DNA of 51,483 nucleotides from the NCBI GenBank assembly GCA_000388065.2, contig KB932206.1, one strand, 5' to 3'. Of this stretch, positions 16,574-29,558 are shown one piece after another (position 1 is the stretch's first letter; every line of letters begins with the position of its first letter). The notes under the pieces are model-generated. The model saw nothing but the letters and a program-made list of their open reading frames with translations. It was not told where the DNA came from and ran no database searches. The DNA comes from Fonticula alba ATCC 38817 (lineage: Eukaryota; Protista; Nucleariida). The position numbers were made by a program, and so were the translations under genes.

Positions 16574-17520
16574 CCTGCCGGGGCGGAGGACGCACCTCCG
16601 GAAATGAGCACCCGCCGGATCCGGGAGGGGGGGGGGGGACCAGCCAAGATGGGCCAAAGGGGCAGCGGGAAGAGGGAGGCTCCGGGCACACGTCGGCGGG
16701 TCCTCGAGGGCGGGCGAGCCGGCTCCAGTCTTGTGCCCATGCTCCTCCGCCCTCCGCCGCCTCCTCCGGCCTCGGACCGNNNNNNNNNNNNNNNNNNNNN
16801 NNNNNNNNNNNNNNNNNNNNNNNNNNNNNNNNNNNNNNNNNNNNNNNNNNNNNNNNNNNNNNNNNNNNNNNNNNNNNNNNNNNNNNNNNNNNNNNNNNNN
16901 NNNNNNNNNNNNNNNNNNNNNNNNNNNNNNNNNNNNNNNNNNNNNNNNNNNNNNNNNNNNNNNNNNNNNNNNNNNNNNNNNNNNNNNNNNNNNNNNNNNN
17001 NNNNNNNNNNNNNNNNNNNNNNNNNNNNNNNNNNNNNNNNNNNNNNNNNNNNNNNNNNNNNNNNNNNNNNNNNNNNNNNNNNNNNNNNNNNNNNNNNNNN
17101 NNNNNNNNNNNNNNNNNNNNNNNNNNNNNNNNNNNNNNNNNNNNNNNNNNNNNNNNNNNNNNNNNNNNNNNNNNNNNNNNNNNNNNNNNNNNNNNNNNNN
17201 NNNNNNNNNNNNNNNNNNNNNNNNNNNNNNNNNNNNNNNNNNNNNNNNNNNNNNNNNNNNNNNNNNNNNNNNNNNNNNNNNNNNNNNNNNNNNNNNNNNN
17301 NNNNNNNNNNNNNNNNNNNCCCCCCCCCCCCTCTCTCTCTCGCTCTCGCTCGCTCTCTGGGTCTTTGCTTTTGCCGCCCTCCCTTTCGCCACCGGCTCCC
17401 TCACACAATATCCCCGGCCGTGTTGCTGCCGCGCTTCTCCGTACACACACACACACACACACCTCCTCGGCTGGCGCTGACAGAAAGGTACACCGAAACG
17501 CGCCCCCGGTGCCGGGAGAG

Positions 17521-17529
17521 TTTAAATAG
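17521..17529 (+). promoter_or_regulatory. TATA-like element (TTTAAATAG) about 30 bp upstream of the tRNA
   Basis: AT-rich motif at the expected TFIIIB position in a GC-rich background. Confidence 0.4.
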
Positions 17530-17550
17530 CCAGAAGCGCGAAAATTGATG

Positions 17551-17634
17551 GGTGTGATGGCCGAGATGGTTAAGGCGGCGGTCTTAAGATCCGCTGATTA
17601 AAAATCGTCGTGGGTTCGAGTCCCGCTCACACCT
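17551..17634 (+). tRNA. tRNA-Leu(UAA), intronless, long variable arm
   Basis: Acceptor GGTGTGA/TCACACC; D arm TGGCCGAGATGGTTAAGGC; anticodon loop CT-TAA-GA (TAA 17585-17587); variable stem GATT-AAA-AATC; T arm GTGGG-TTCGAGT-CCCGC. Confidence 0.92.
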
Positions 17635-17640
17635 CACATA

Positions 17641-17644
17641 TTTT
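17641..17644 (+). terminator. Pol III terminator (T4)
   Basis: TTTT 6 nt after position 73 of the tRNA. Confidence 0.6.
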
Positions 17645-18319
17645 CGCACACTCGTTCCGACACACGTTTCCCCCATGGCCGGGGCATCTCTCTTATGTGA
17701 GGGCACCCTCGTTCGTTCCCCGGTCTGGCCTGCTCCATGGCCCCTCGCCCGATTGCGGGCGTCCCCCCCCCCGCCCGGGCGCGCGCGCATCTCTCCACGC
17801 GCATGTGTCCCGGGTCGCGCGGGGGTGGGGGGGGGGGGCGCGACGGGAGCAGACGCGGGAGAAAATCCGCGCCTCTCCCCCACCCCCCCCACCCCCCTCT
17901 GACGCGGTGGTGCACAGGCGTCCCTGCCCTGTGTGGGTCTCTTTCCTGCCCGCATGGGAGGCCCCCACAACAAGGCAAGGTCCTGCGGGGGGGGGGATCT
18001 CGCCGGGGCACCACCACCGCGGCCCCCCCTGGCGATTGCGCCCGGAGGGGGGGGGCGGCCTGTGTCCAGCGCGGCACTGGCCACGCACTCCGGCGCCCGA
18101 GAGATCGACTTGCCCGCGAAGGGATCGCCCTTCCCCACGCACCTGCCCAAGACCGGGCGTCCTGCCAGGGCTGAGCGCGTGCTCGGGCCTGGCATCCAGC
18201 GCCTCCCTCTCCCCGCCGCCCCCCTCTCCGCCCCTCTGCCCCGGGCCAGCCCCTCCGCCGGGTTGTGCTTTGCTCTCCCGCCTCGCTTTTTCTTCTTCTT
18301 TTTTTTTTCCACCGAGCTC

Positions 18320-20547
18320 ATGCCGCCTCTGCTGCGCGCCCTGCCCCTCGCGGCTTGGCGATCGTGCCGAGGCTTGACCGGCTGCGTGCCCCGTCGGCCG
18401 GCGGGTGCCTGGAGCCGGGCGCTCTCCAGTCTGGCCGCCGATGCGGCCGGGCGGCCGGCCCCGGTGGACCCGGCGCCTTCGGCCGGGTGCCCAGCGCCGG
18501 CGGCCCCCGGTCCAGGGGCCGACCTCCACTGGAACTTCGAGCCCCGGTCGCACCTCTGCGGTGACATCTCCGAGGGCCTGGTCGGCCAGTCGGTCAGGCT
18601 GAATGGCTGGCTGCAGAATCCCCGGTCCATGAGCGAGCAGCTGGTGTTCCGCACCCTGCGCGACCACTCGGGCGTGGCGCAGCTCGTGTGGGAGGCGCCG
18701 GCCGGCGGCCTGCCCGCGGTGGGGGACCTGCTGCGCTCTCTGCCGCTGGAGACCGTGGTCCAGTTGACCGGGACCGTGATCAGCCGGCCGGACGCCTCCA
18801 AGCGCCAGCACGCCGGGGCCGGGGTGACCGACGGCCTGGTCGAGGTGGCCGTGCACACGATCACCCCCCTGGGCCGGCCGGTGGCCAGCGGCCTGCCCTT
18901 TCCCATTGGCACCGGCAAGGCGCCGGGGCCGGCGGCCGCGGTGCAGGATGACCGCCTGAAATTGCAGTACCGGTATCTGGACCTCCGGGCGGCCGGGCTG
19001 CAGGGGAACCTGCGCCAGCGCCACCGGACCCTGCGAACGGCCCGCCGAATCCTCGACGCGGCGGGCTTCGTGGAAATCGAGACGCCCACTCTCTTCAAGG
19101 CCACGTCCGAGGGGGCGCGCGAGTTCCTGGTCCCGGCCCGGGCTCCTGGGCGCTTTTACGCCCTGCCCCAGAGCCCGCAGCAGTACAAGCAGCTTCTCAT
19201 GGTGGCCGGCTTTGACCGGTACTACCAGGTGGCCCGGTGCTGGCGCGATGAGGACCTCCGCGCGGACCGGCAGCCGGAGTTCACCCAGGTGCGAGACGTG
19301 CCGCCGGCCTCTTTTTGCCCCCTTCACCCGCGCATGTGCCCTGGCATGCCCGCGCCGTAGGAGGCTAAACTCGGATGACTGCCCTCCGCTCCGGGACCGT
19401 TGTCCCCCTCGGTCTCGCCCGCCCTCCCTCGCCTGCCGGCTGCCCCCCCCCCCCCCTCAACAAGCTGGACATCGAGATGTCGTACGCCACGCCGGCCATC
19501 GTGAAGAAGACCGTGCACGAGGTCATCAGCGCCATCTGGGCCGAGGCAAAGGTACATCGGCCGCATGGCCCATGGCTTAGCACTCGCGCTGCGGCCGCGC
19601 CTGACGTCCCCCGCCCCCCCCCCCCTGTGCGACATCACAAAGGGCGTCACGCTGCCCGAGGAGTTCCCCGTTCTGTCCTTCGATGACGCGATTCGCATGG
19701 TGCGCTCTGCCCATTCACCGGGGACATGCCGCCCCCTCTGCCCCCCTCGGATCCTGCCGCGATCTTGCCCCGCCCTAATGGTCTCCCCCCCCCCCGCCCT
19801 TCCCGCTGTCCCGGACTGATGCCCACTTCCCTGGCCGGCCCCATCCCCGAAGTACGGCAGCGACAAGCCCGACACCCGCTTCGACATGATTGTACGTTGT
19901 GGCCCTTGCCCTGAGTCACCGGGGACAGGGGCCGCTGCCTCGCGGCCGCCGGGGCCGCCTTTCTGTGGCCGACAAATTGGCTGACCCTGGTGGTGCTCCT
20001 CCAAACAGATCCACGACTTGTCGACGGTCGCCCGCAAGAGGTCCTCCTTCGCCCCCTTCCGGCGGGTCTTCGACGAAGCCGCCGCCGGCCCCGGGGGTGC
20101 GGCCACGCTGGAGGCCTTTGTCGTGCCGGGCGCCCTGCCCCGGATGTCGAAGTCTGCCTGGCGTGCCCTTTCCAAGGCCTCCCGCAAGGGTCACGTATGT
20201 CCCCCCCCCCGGCCTCCTGCCGTTGTGCATGTCGCTCCACCTCGCAGGCCTTTCTGACACCCCGCCGACCGGCAGTTTGTGATTGCGGCCGAAGTGACGG
20301 CCGACCGTGGGCTTGCCGCGGTCGGTGCCAGCACTGCCCTCTTTGACTTCCCTGACAAGCAGTCGACCGGCATCCAGGCCGAGATTCTCGGCCCCCTGGG
20401 CGCGGTCCCTGGCGACACCATTGTTTTTGTGGCCAGCCCACCTCGTCTCCCCGTAAGTACCGCTGGCTGGGCATCGGCCCCGGCCAGCGCGGCTGCAGCT
20501 GCTCGCGTCTCCCCCTCCGCTGCCTGTCTAACATGCTTCCATACACA

Positions 20548-20579
<32 letters not shown>

Positions 20580-21474
20580 TGTGCGCGGAAACGCCACGCC
20601 CCGGCTTCCAACTCCCAGGGTGCCGCCAGCACCGAGGCCGGCCGTCAGCGGCTTGACGTCTTTCAGCGGCTCGCCCAGCTGGGTACATGCACACACACAC
20701 ACACACACACACATGGAGCCCGGCCACGCACGAGCGCCGCCTCTCTCTGACCTCCTGCTTGCCGCCCCCCCCCCTGCCTCGACGTAGATCCCGCCTGGGC
20801 CGAGCCCCTCTTGCAGCAGGATCACTTCCTGTGGGTCGAGGACTTCCCCCTGTTCACGGTGGAGCATGACGAGCAAACGGGCGAGTTTCGTCGCGAATCG
20901 ACGCACCACCCATTCACCGCACCCCACGAGGAGGATGTGGGCCTGCTCTTCTCGGCAGACCCGCGCGATCATGCGCGCATTCGTGCCCAGCACTATGACC
21001 TTGTGCTCAATGGCTCGGAGCTGGGTGGCGGGAGCATCCGCATCCACCGGGCCGATGTCCAGCAGCATGTCTTCCGGCACATCCTGAACGTATGTGCTCC
21101 CTTTCTGTCCTGGGGCCCGCCCACATGCAAGCACGCTCCCCTGAGACCCGACTATCGACTTCATGCCATTATCCTGACGCACACGCACACGCACACGCGC
21201 CACCCAGCTCTCCGAAACACAAGTGGCCGAGTTTGACCACCTGGTCGAGGCCCTCGGGTATGGAGCCCCCCCGCATGGGGGAATCGCCCTCGGGGTGGAC
21301 CGCTTGGTGGCTTCGGTGGTCGGAGCGGCCAGCTTGCGCGAGGTGATTGCCTTCCCGAAGTCCACCTCGGGCGCGGACTTGACTGTCGGCTCGCCGAGCG
21401 CCGTGCCGACAGCCGACATTCGCCTGCAGGAGCTGCGGGCCGCCCTTGCAGCCGGCGCCGACGGCCACCGATAG
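18320..21474 (+). CDS. DARS2: Mitochondrial (bacterial-type) aspartyl-tRNA synthetase, about 8 exons
   Basis: Arg/Ala-rich presequence-like N-terminus; [82 protein letters not shown]|[58 protein letters not shown]. Confidence 0.95.
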
Positions 21475-21967
21475 AGCCGATCGGCCTGGCCGCCATCCTT
21501 GGGAGAGGAGGAAGCGCGGCCCTCCCGAAGGGCCCCCCTCCGCCCTCCCGCGTCCCCCATGCCCCTTCCCAGCATGAAGCAAAATAGACGCGCCCAGGGC
21601 ATGCTGTGTGGAGATTTTCGAGGTACATTTTTCAGAAAGGGGAAAGAGAAGGCCGCCACCGACCGAGGGCAATCGACAGCCCGACACATCGCGGGAGCAG
21701 GGGGAGGAGGGGGGGGAGGAGGAGGAGGAGGAGAGAAGAAACGGGATGGACGCGCCCCGGCCGCGCTGGTTGGCGGAGCGCACGCGCGCGGAAAGGAAGG
21801 AGGGGAGAAGAGACGAACAAGGGCAGGACCGAAGGGGAAGGGGAGGGGGAGGGAAACCAGCACCAGCCCGGCCGGCGTCCTGCCCGCCTCGCCCCGCCGC
21901 TCCCTCCCCCTTGCGCGCGCGCGCGCGCGCCGAGGGAGAGGAGCAGGGCGCCTATCACACAGGGCGC

Positions 21968-23424
21968 CTACTTCTTCTTCGGGTTGCGGGTGCTCACACG
22001 AGAGGGCGCCATGGGTTTCCCGGTCTGCGCGGCGGGGTACGCATAGCGGGGCTTCTTCTCGGCCGGCTTGAGAATCTGGAAGGAGCAGAGGAGATTCTCA
22101 TCGACGCTCATCATGGCCCCGGCGTTGTCGAACTCACCGCAGTAGTTGGGCGCCGAGAAGAGGGTGACCAGCTTCCGGTGGGCGAAAAACTCGTAGCCAT
22201 CCTCGATGACCTGGTGCGCGCGGCAAATCAGGTCCATGTCGTGGTTCTCGAGGAAGGTCTCCACGATGTCCGGCCCGAAGGTGAAGGACACACCACGGTC
22301 ATTCTCGCCCCAGCCGGTGACATCCTTGTCCGGATCCGACCAGAGGAGATCACACAGGAGCCCGCAGTCCGGGATGTCGGTGGGCCGAACGGTCCGGCGG
22401 ATCTGCTCCATGGACTGCAGGTCCGGCGACAGACCACCATGCATGGCGAAGATCTTGTCCCCGACGATGGCCGCAATGGGCAGGGTGTTGAAGCAGTCGG
22501 TGAAGGTCTTCCAGAGCTTGATGCTGTAGCGGCGCTTGCCTGCGTGGCAGAGGCCCAGGGCAAGATATATGCCCAACGGCGAGGGGGGGAGGCGGGGGGG
22601 GGGCGTCAGCGAGGGGGGAGATGCTTCCCACCGGGCGGCGGGGCAGACCGGAGAGGGGGCCGGAAGGGGGGGGGGCCAGAGGAGAGAGACCAATACGCAC
22701 ACTCATCGTAGAAGCCGTAGATGCGGTTGATGGCGGCGCACTCGTGGTTGCCGCGCAGGATGAAGAAGTTCTCCGGGTACTTGATCTTGTAGGCCAACAG
22801 CAGGCAGATGGTCTCGATGCTCTGCTTGCCGCGGTCGACGTAATCACCGAGGAAGAGGTAGTTCGTGTCGGGCGGGAAGCCGCCGTACTCGAATAGCCGC
22901 AGCAGGTCGTAGTACTGACCGTGAATATCACCTGCCAGAAGGGAGGGGGGGAGGGGAGGAGAAGGAGAACGGGGTCAGTGGGGGGGGGGGAGGCGGCGGC
23001 GGCGAGAGAGGGGGGAATAACGCGCCGGCCGGCGCCCGGCGCCCGGCATCAACGCGCGCGGCGACCGGTGCCACACAGGCCGAGCAGGATGCGGGACGCA
23101 CCGCAAATCTTGATCGGGGCCTCGAGCTCCAGCAGGACGGGCTGGCTCATGAAGATGTCGCGCGCCTGGGCGCACAGAAGGCGGATGTCCGACTCGCTGA
23201 GGTCAACAGTGCGGCCGGGGCGGTCACCGCGAACTGGAGGAACGAGGAAAAACGGGCGTCATGGCCATGGTCAATGAGCGCGCGTGAACCGGAGCAAGAG
23301 AGAGGGGAAGAAGGAGGGGGGGGGGGGGACAAGGAAAAGGCAGGGAGGAGCCCGAGCCGGGGCAGGAGAACGCACCCTCAAGGAGGCGGTTGATGATGTT
23401 GTCGATGTCGATGGTGGCAGACAT
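21968..23424 (-). CDS. GLC7: Protein phosphatase 1 catalytic subunit (GLC7/PPP1C), 4 exons
   Basis: [92 protein letters not shown]; three GTGCGT..AG introns; start context CCACCACCATG. Confidence 0.97.
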
Positions 23425-24434
23425 GGTGGTGGGCGACCGTGAAAGAAGGCCAGCTGCCAGGCGAGAGGGAGAGAGAGAGGGAGGGAGGGTGGCGCGGAGA
23501 GGAGCAGAGAGAGAAGCCGGGAGCAGGCTCACGTTAGCCGAGAGGGGGGAGCCGGGGAGGGACCCCACAAACCAGGCGACACAGGTGGCAACAGCCGAGC
23601 AGGAAGATGCACACGGGGAGAAACAGGGGACATACGGAGGGGGGGGGAAGGGGCGAGGGAGAGGGGGGGGGAGGGGGAAGGGGCGGGAGGGGGCAAAGGA
23701 ATGCGGGATGTCTGGTGCGGTGGGAGGTGAAAGCTGTCTTCCTGGACCCGGGACGACAGAGGGCGGCGGCGACGAGGGGGCGCCTCCTGAAAAAGCCTGG
23801 CGGCGGAGGGCACACCCGGGCCCGAGTGTGCAGGGGGGGGGGGGGGGCCGGGGCGGCGGGGGTCCCAGTGGTCGGGGGTGGTCCCGGCATGAGCCGCGGT
23901 CCCCCTCGCCCGTGCCGCCTCCCTGTTCGCAGAGGACCCACGAACACCCAGAGAGCGCGCGCGCCCACACACACACACACACACACACACACCGGGGTTC
24001 CTCTCCCGCCCCCAAAAGTTCGCCAGTCCGGGGGCAGGGGGGAGGGGGGTGGTGAGGCCGCACGCCCCGTCCCCGCGGCCGGGCCCGAGACGTCCGGACG
24101 TCCAGGTGGCACACACGGGCGCGCTTGTACCGCGCACATGGACACACACGGCCACACGCAAATACACAAATACACACACATATATCAGGGGGGGAGGACG
24201 CAGCACGAGTTTACGCCCCTGAACCGGCGCGCGCGCGCGTGCGCGCACACTCATGCGGCGATCCGCCCTGGCGCGCCAAAGGCATGCACACAGGATGCTC
24301 GCCATTGATGTGTGCCCCAACCCCCCGGCCCCGAGCTCAGAGCTCCCTCCCATCGGAGGGCCTGGCGGAATGGTCCCCCTGAGTGGGGGACAGAAAAAAG
24401 AGAGCCCGCTCCCCCCCAAGGAGAGGGACACCAG

Positions 24435-24472
<38 letters not shown>

Positions 24473-25879
24473 GAGCACGCCGGCAGCCGGCGGAAGGTCG
24501 AAAAAGGCCCGCTGGCTCCCCGGCGCCTCGCCGTCTCCGGCGCTCCGCCAACGGAGGCAGGGGACACTTTGAAAGGACTGTGCGACTCTGCAACATTAGA
24601 ACGACGAGCGGCCCGGTCCTGGTGGTGCTCGAAAGAGGCCAGACCCGGCGGCAGGCAACACGCCCGCCCGCTACCATGCTTCTCCTGGCACGCATGCACA
24701 CACGCGGGCAAGCACCCCCCCCCCCCCCCCCCCACGTACGACGCACAAACCCCCTCCACAATGGGCCAGGCCCCTTTGACAACGAGGGGCTCCATCCCCT
24801 AAGTGCCGCTCGTCTCCCCCCGTCCTCCGAGCAGACAGGGCCGGCCAGACAACAACCAGCCCCCGGGGCACGCACGAGGAGCCAAGGGGCAGGCCAGGGC
24901 CTCTGCCTTTTTCCTGAGTGCCCCCCCCCCCCGCCGCTCCCCGAGAGGTTGTCCGGTGTCGGGAGCCGGCGGGGGGGGGGGGGGGATATTGACACCCCGA
25001 AACGGCAACAATTACTGGCCGCCCACCACCCGGCCGGGCGCATGCGCCCCCACTTTAAGTCCAGAATCCGCCAGCAGACGTGCACTACACACGGGGCGGG
25101 GGCCTCCAAATGGCCGCTCGTCCCGCCCGCCCGCCCGCCCGCCCGCCCCCCTCCCCCTCCCACGAGAGTCAGGGGACCTGGCACAAGTGGGCTGGCGCGC
25201 CCAGGGGCTTCATGCCATTGGATACACCCCCCCCCCCCGGCCCCCCCGCGGAGACGGCACCAGAGCCCGCGCCCGCCTGCCGCGACCCTAACCAGGCTGC
25301 AGGCTGACAGACCGCGGTGGGCGGCACCGAGGAGACGGCCAGAAAACAGTCCCTGGTGGCCTCCCCGCCCCCCCCCGAGAGTCCAGCGACAACAGGGGGC
25401 GGGGAAATTCCATTTAACACGGTCCCCTGGGCCCGGGAGCCGAGGCGAGGGGCACAAAGCATCCGTTGGGGGATGGGACTCGCCGTTGAGGCGCCCCGCC
25501 CCCGCCCCCCCTCAAGCGCCGCGGACCCTGCTCCCCCGCGCCCGCTCCCTGGCCCGGCGACCCTCGCCCGCCCCCCCCCCCGAGGGCTGGACGACGACCG
25601 CCGGCGGCCGGCGTGGATTGTTGCACGTGACCGTCTCATGTGGAGCCGATCTCCCCCACAGGTGCCCCCGCATTTCGGCGCCCGATCGTGTCGACCGGCG
25701 TGCAGGGGCGCCACCCCCCTCTGATGGGGCGGCGCGGCCTGGCCCCCCGGGAGACCAGCGCGATCAGCCCCATCGACTCCCTCCCCCCTCCTCGACCTCC
25801 CCCTCGACACCCGCACACCCGCACACCCGCACACCCGCACACCCGCCCCGCCAACCGCCTCCTCCTCCTCCGGTGACAA

Positions 25880-26589
25880 ATGATCGAGGATCTCCTCCCA
25901 CGCGCCAGGGTCGCCATTTTGGCAGTCATCTGCCTGAGCGATGATGACTGGCGCCTCCAGGGGCACCTTCTTGGCCAAGCCGCCGGAACAGAAATGCCCG
26001 CAAGTGGGCTCGTCCTGACTGGCTCGCAGGTTCGCCCGGAAGAGCACGACGCCCTGTGCTTGGACGACCGGTATCACCACTGTTGCTATCCGGACGGGGT
26101 GCTTCCGCGCCTCTTCCGACTGAAGGTGTGGCACAAAGACGCCTTCCTGGAGCTGCCACTGGTCGAGATGCGCGACGGTACGCCGCCAGGTGCAAGCATA
26201 TGCCTCGCCACACCTCATGATCCTCCCCGCGCTGACACATGTCCCTTCCCCTGGCTGGCCACTTGCCTATCCCCCCATCCTGGTCCCATGGCGGCACCGT
26301 GCACACGCGCGCACGCGCATGCATAAAACCCCCAGAAGAGGGCTCGCTGGCGATTGAGCTGGCACCACGGCTCCAGACAGACCCGCCGTCGGCCATCCGG
26401 CAACTGTCCTTCCTGACCGAGCGCATCTCCCTCGAGGGTGAGCCCGAGACGCTGATTGACTTGGCAACCTATTTCCCGCGTGTCCTGCAGGCGCACGGCT
26501 CGCTGGCCCGGGAGGCGGTTTTCATTTGCAAGGGACCGGTGGAGGCGGAGCTGCTTGAGGGGAGACCACCGTTGTCGCCGGTCGAATAG
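25880..26589 (+). CDS. Hypothetical protein, 2 exons (about 25880-26177, 26336/26339-26589), about 180 aa, no recognised family
   Basis: Protein-like composition; donor GTACGC at 26178 and tandem CAG/AAG acceptors both restore frame; stop TAG 26587-26589. 5' end uncertain. Confidence 0.6.
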
Positions 26590-26737
26590 ATCTTGGACTT
26601 TTATTTGGAAGGAGGGAGCGCGGAGAGCGTACGCGTGCCGACGACCCGCCGGAAAGCAACATGGAGAGCCACGCACAGGGGGGGGTCGATATGCAGCTGG
26701 CCCATTACAAGGAGGAGAACAAGGACAGAGGAGGGAG

Positions 26738-26786
<49 letters not shown>

Positions 26787-26890
26787 GCGGGCATGCTGGA
26801 GCGCAGGTGCGCGCACATGTGCGCAAGAAAAAGGCGCGAGAGGAGGGGGGCCGGAAAAGCGCGGCCAGGGCCATGGAAAAAGCATGGCCA

Positions 26891-28492
26891 TCAGTGCTCC
26901 TCCCTGGGGGGCTTCTCCGTGGCCGGGGTCACGGCATCCGGCAGCTCGGCCACCCAGGGGGTCTGGCCCCGGGGCCCGTACACACGCTCGTACAGAGACA
27001 GCGCACCGGCACACACCACAACCAGCCCATTGAAGAAGGCGAAGATGGCGAACGGCGCACTCGGGCGCCACACATCGTACAGATACCCGCCCAGCTTGCT
27101 GCACAGGAGGATGCCCACCGAGCCGAAGAGGCTGTAGGTCCCGGCCACGGCGCCACGGATGCCGGACGGCGCACGGCGCGTGACCAGGGCCTGTGCCGAC
27201 ACGATGATGCCGATCTCCCCGACGCCCAGAACACACGCAAACACCAGGGCCATGGTATCCTATCCGGGCGCGACCAGGCGAACGGCCGAGGGCACAGAGG
27301 GAGGGGCGCGGCCGGTCCGGCGTGTTAGATGCAAGCGGCAGGCCGAGAGGGGAGGCATCGACGCTGGACAAGATGCAGGGAACCCGAAAGGGAGTGGGCA
27401 AAGGAGCGAGGGGGGGGGGGGGGGGGGGGGGGCAAACACACCGTCGGGTCGGTGAGCATCGCCATGGCCGAGTAGCCGACGACAGCGATCATCGACTGGA
27501 GCAGCAGCGACAGGACCGGGTCCAGGCGGGTGGACAGCCAGCCGGCCACCAGGCTGAAAGCCAGGGCGCAGGTTTGTGCGATGCCGCTAATTTGCCCGGC
27601 CAGGGCGCTGGCTTCGCCGGGCGTCAGGCCGCTGTTCTCCGTGGCATAGTCATAAACCCACAGCGACAGGAAGGTCGTCAGGACGAGCGAGTCCCCGCGA
27701 GCAACGAGCCCGGCCAGGAACCCGAGAGCCAGGCGGGGATCCGACGCGCCGGCGCGCATCCCCTCAAGCCAAGTGTCGAAAGGCATGAAAGCGCGCAGAC
27801 GGCCGAGGGTGGTCGGCGGTGGTGACGACGCCGCCGCCGCCGCCTCGCCAACGCCGGACCCAGGAGGCAGGTCATTCTCACAGTGGCACAGATCCGGCGA
27901 GGAGGGGGCCAGCGGTGAGGAGGAGGGATTTTGGAAAGAGCCCGCCTTGGGCTCGGAGATGCCATCCGAGTCGCGCTGCCGCTGGGCCTGCTGCTCCTGC
28001 TCCTGCGTCTTGCTCGGGGCCGGTGGGCAGGTGGCGGTGGCCGAGTGCCGCTGCGAAGTGATCGGCTGAAGCAGCACCAGCACGACCATGGTCAGCAGGA
28101 AGACCGACAGTGCGGTGCACAGGTACATGGCCACGCCGGCACCGTCAGTACCGCGAGCATCCTCACTCAGATCGGCGATGCGCAGAAAGACAAAGACCGC
28201 CGTCAGGGCCCCGAGGCCGGAGAAGAAGCCCAGGATGCTGCGGGGGGGGGGGGCGAACGAGAGAAAGGGAGAAAGACAAAGAGGCAGGATGGACTTTCCC
28301 CCTCCTCGCAGACACACACACACACACATGCACGCACGATTGCAAGAGAGGTCCCATGCAAACCGTCAACTTTGACGGCGTGGCATATGCCTCCCCCCGG
28401 CGGGTCCCACCTGGGCTGCATTGTCTCGTCGAGCGCTAGCTGCCTGGAGTAAAGACGCCGGCTGTTCGCATGGCAGCAGTGCGGGCGGAGAA

Positions 28493-28556
<64 letters not shown>

Positions 28557-28649
28557 CAAGGTGACTGGAGGTGAGGGGGGGGGGGGGGGGGGCGAGGGAG
28601 AAAGGCCCGAGACAAGGCAGGGGGTCAGTGGCTGCCAGGAGGAGGGATG

Positions 28650-28680
<31 letters not shown>

Positions 28681-29467
28681 GGCAGGAGATCAAGGCAAGC
28701 AGGCGACAGGACGCACCCACTGGCCGATCCTTTGTCCTCGCGCCAGATGTAATCACTGAGGGTGCTGGTAAGGCAGGGGGCCGCGGCCGAGGCACCGAGG
28801 GCGTAGAACATGCGAACGGCCACCAGGATGCTGTAGGTCGGGGCAAAGGGGAACATGATGAAAGCGAAGGCCATCAGGGTCAGGCCCAGGACGAAGGTGA
28901 TGCGACGGCCAGCCGCGTCGGAGAAGGCCCCCCACGGAGTAACCAGCAGGATGATGGCCAGCTCGCTGTAGAAGCCCAGGTTGCCGGTGTAGATGCCGAT
29001 CTTCTCCTCGGGCACGTTGAGCATCGAATCCAGCAGGTATGTTTGGGCGCTGTTGACGAAGGTGAAGCACATGATGGCTGGAGGGCGTGTGAGAGCAGGA
29101 GCGGCAAGAGGGGGCGGGCAGGGGCAAGAGGGCGGGGTAGATTCCGGCTCCGGCCGGGGCCGGGATGAGCACGACACCGGGAGGAGGGCCGGGAGGGCCG
29201 GGAGGGGGGAGGGAGGGGAGACATACTGAGGAAGGAGGCCAGGTAGAAGCCGATGGCATTCGAGGAGGTCACCCCCGGGGAGAGGCGGACCCACAGGAAA
29301 CGGGCCAAGCCCGGCGGCGTGGCCGGGGGTCCTGGCGCGTCGGGAGCACCATCCAGGGTGCCAGCCTCCAGGTCAAGAAGCGGCTCAGTGGCGGCGTCCT
29401 GGCCCTCATCGGCTGGGCCCAGCCGATGGTAGCTGTCATAATGCGCGCCGCTCGAGGGGGCACTCAT
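26891..29467 (-). CDS. Major facilitator superfamily transporter (MFS_1-like), 4+ exons; possible extra 9-nt first exon at 29774-29782
   Basis: Repeated hydrophobic helices; motif-A-like WGAFSDAAGRR; VAVRMFYALG; LSDYIWREDKGSASG|ILGFFSGLG; long hydrophilic central loop; C-half LGGYLYDVWRPSAPFAIFA. Confidence 0.9.
28494..28553. repeat. 60-nt G homopolymer (poly-C on the sense strand) in an MFS intron
   Basis: Direct reading; true length may be unreliable. Confidence 0.85.
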
Positions 29468-29519
29468 CGCCAAGTGAGGCTTGCAGGGGGGGGAGGGGGA
29501 GGGGAGGACACACGGATCA

Positions 29520-29558
<39 letters not shown>

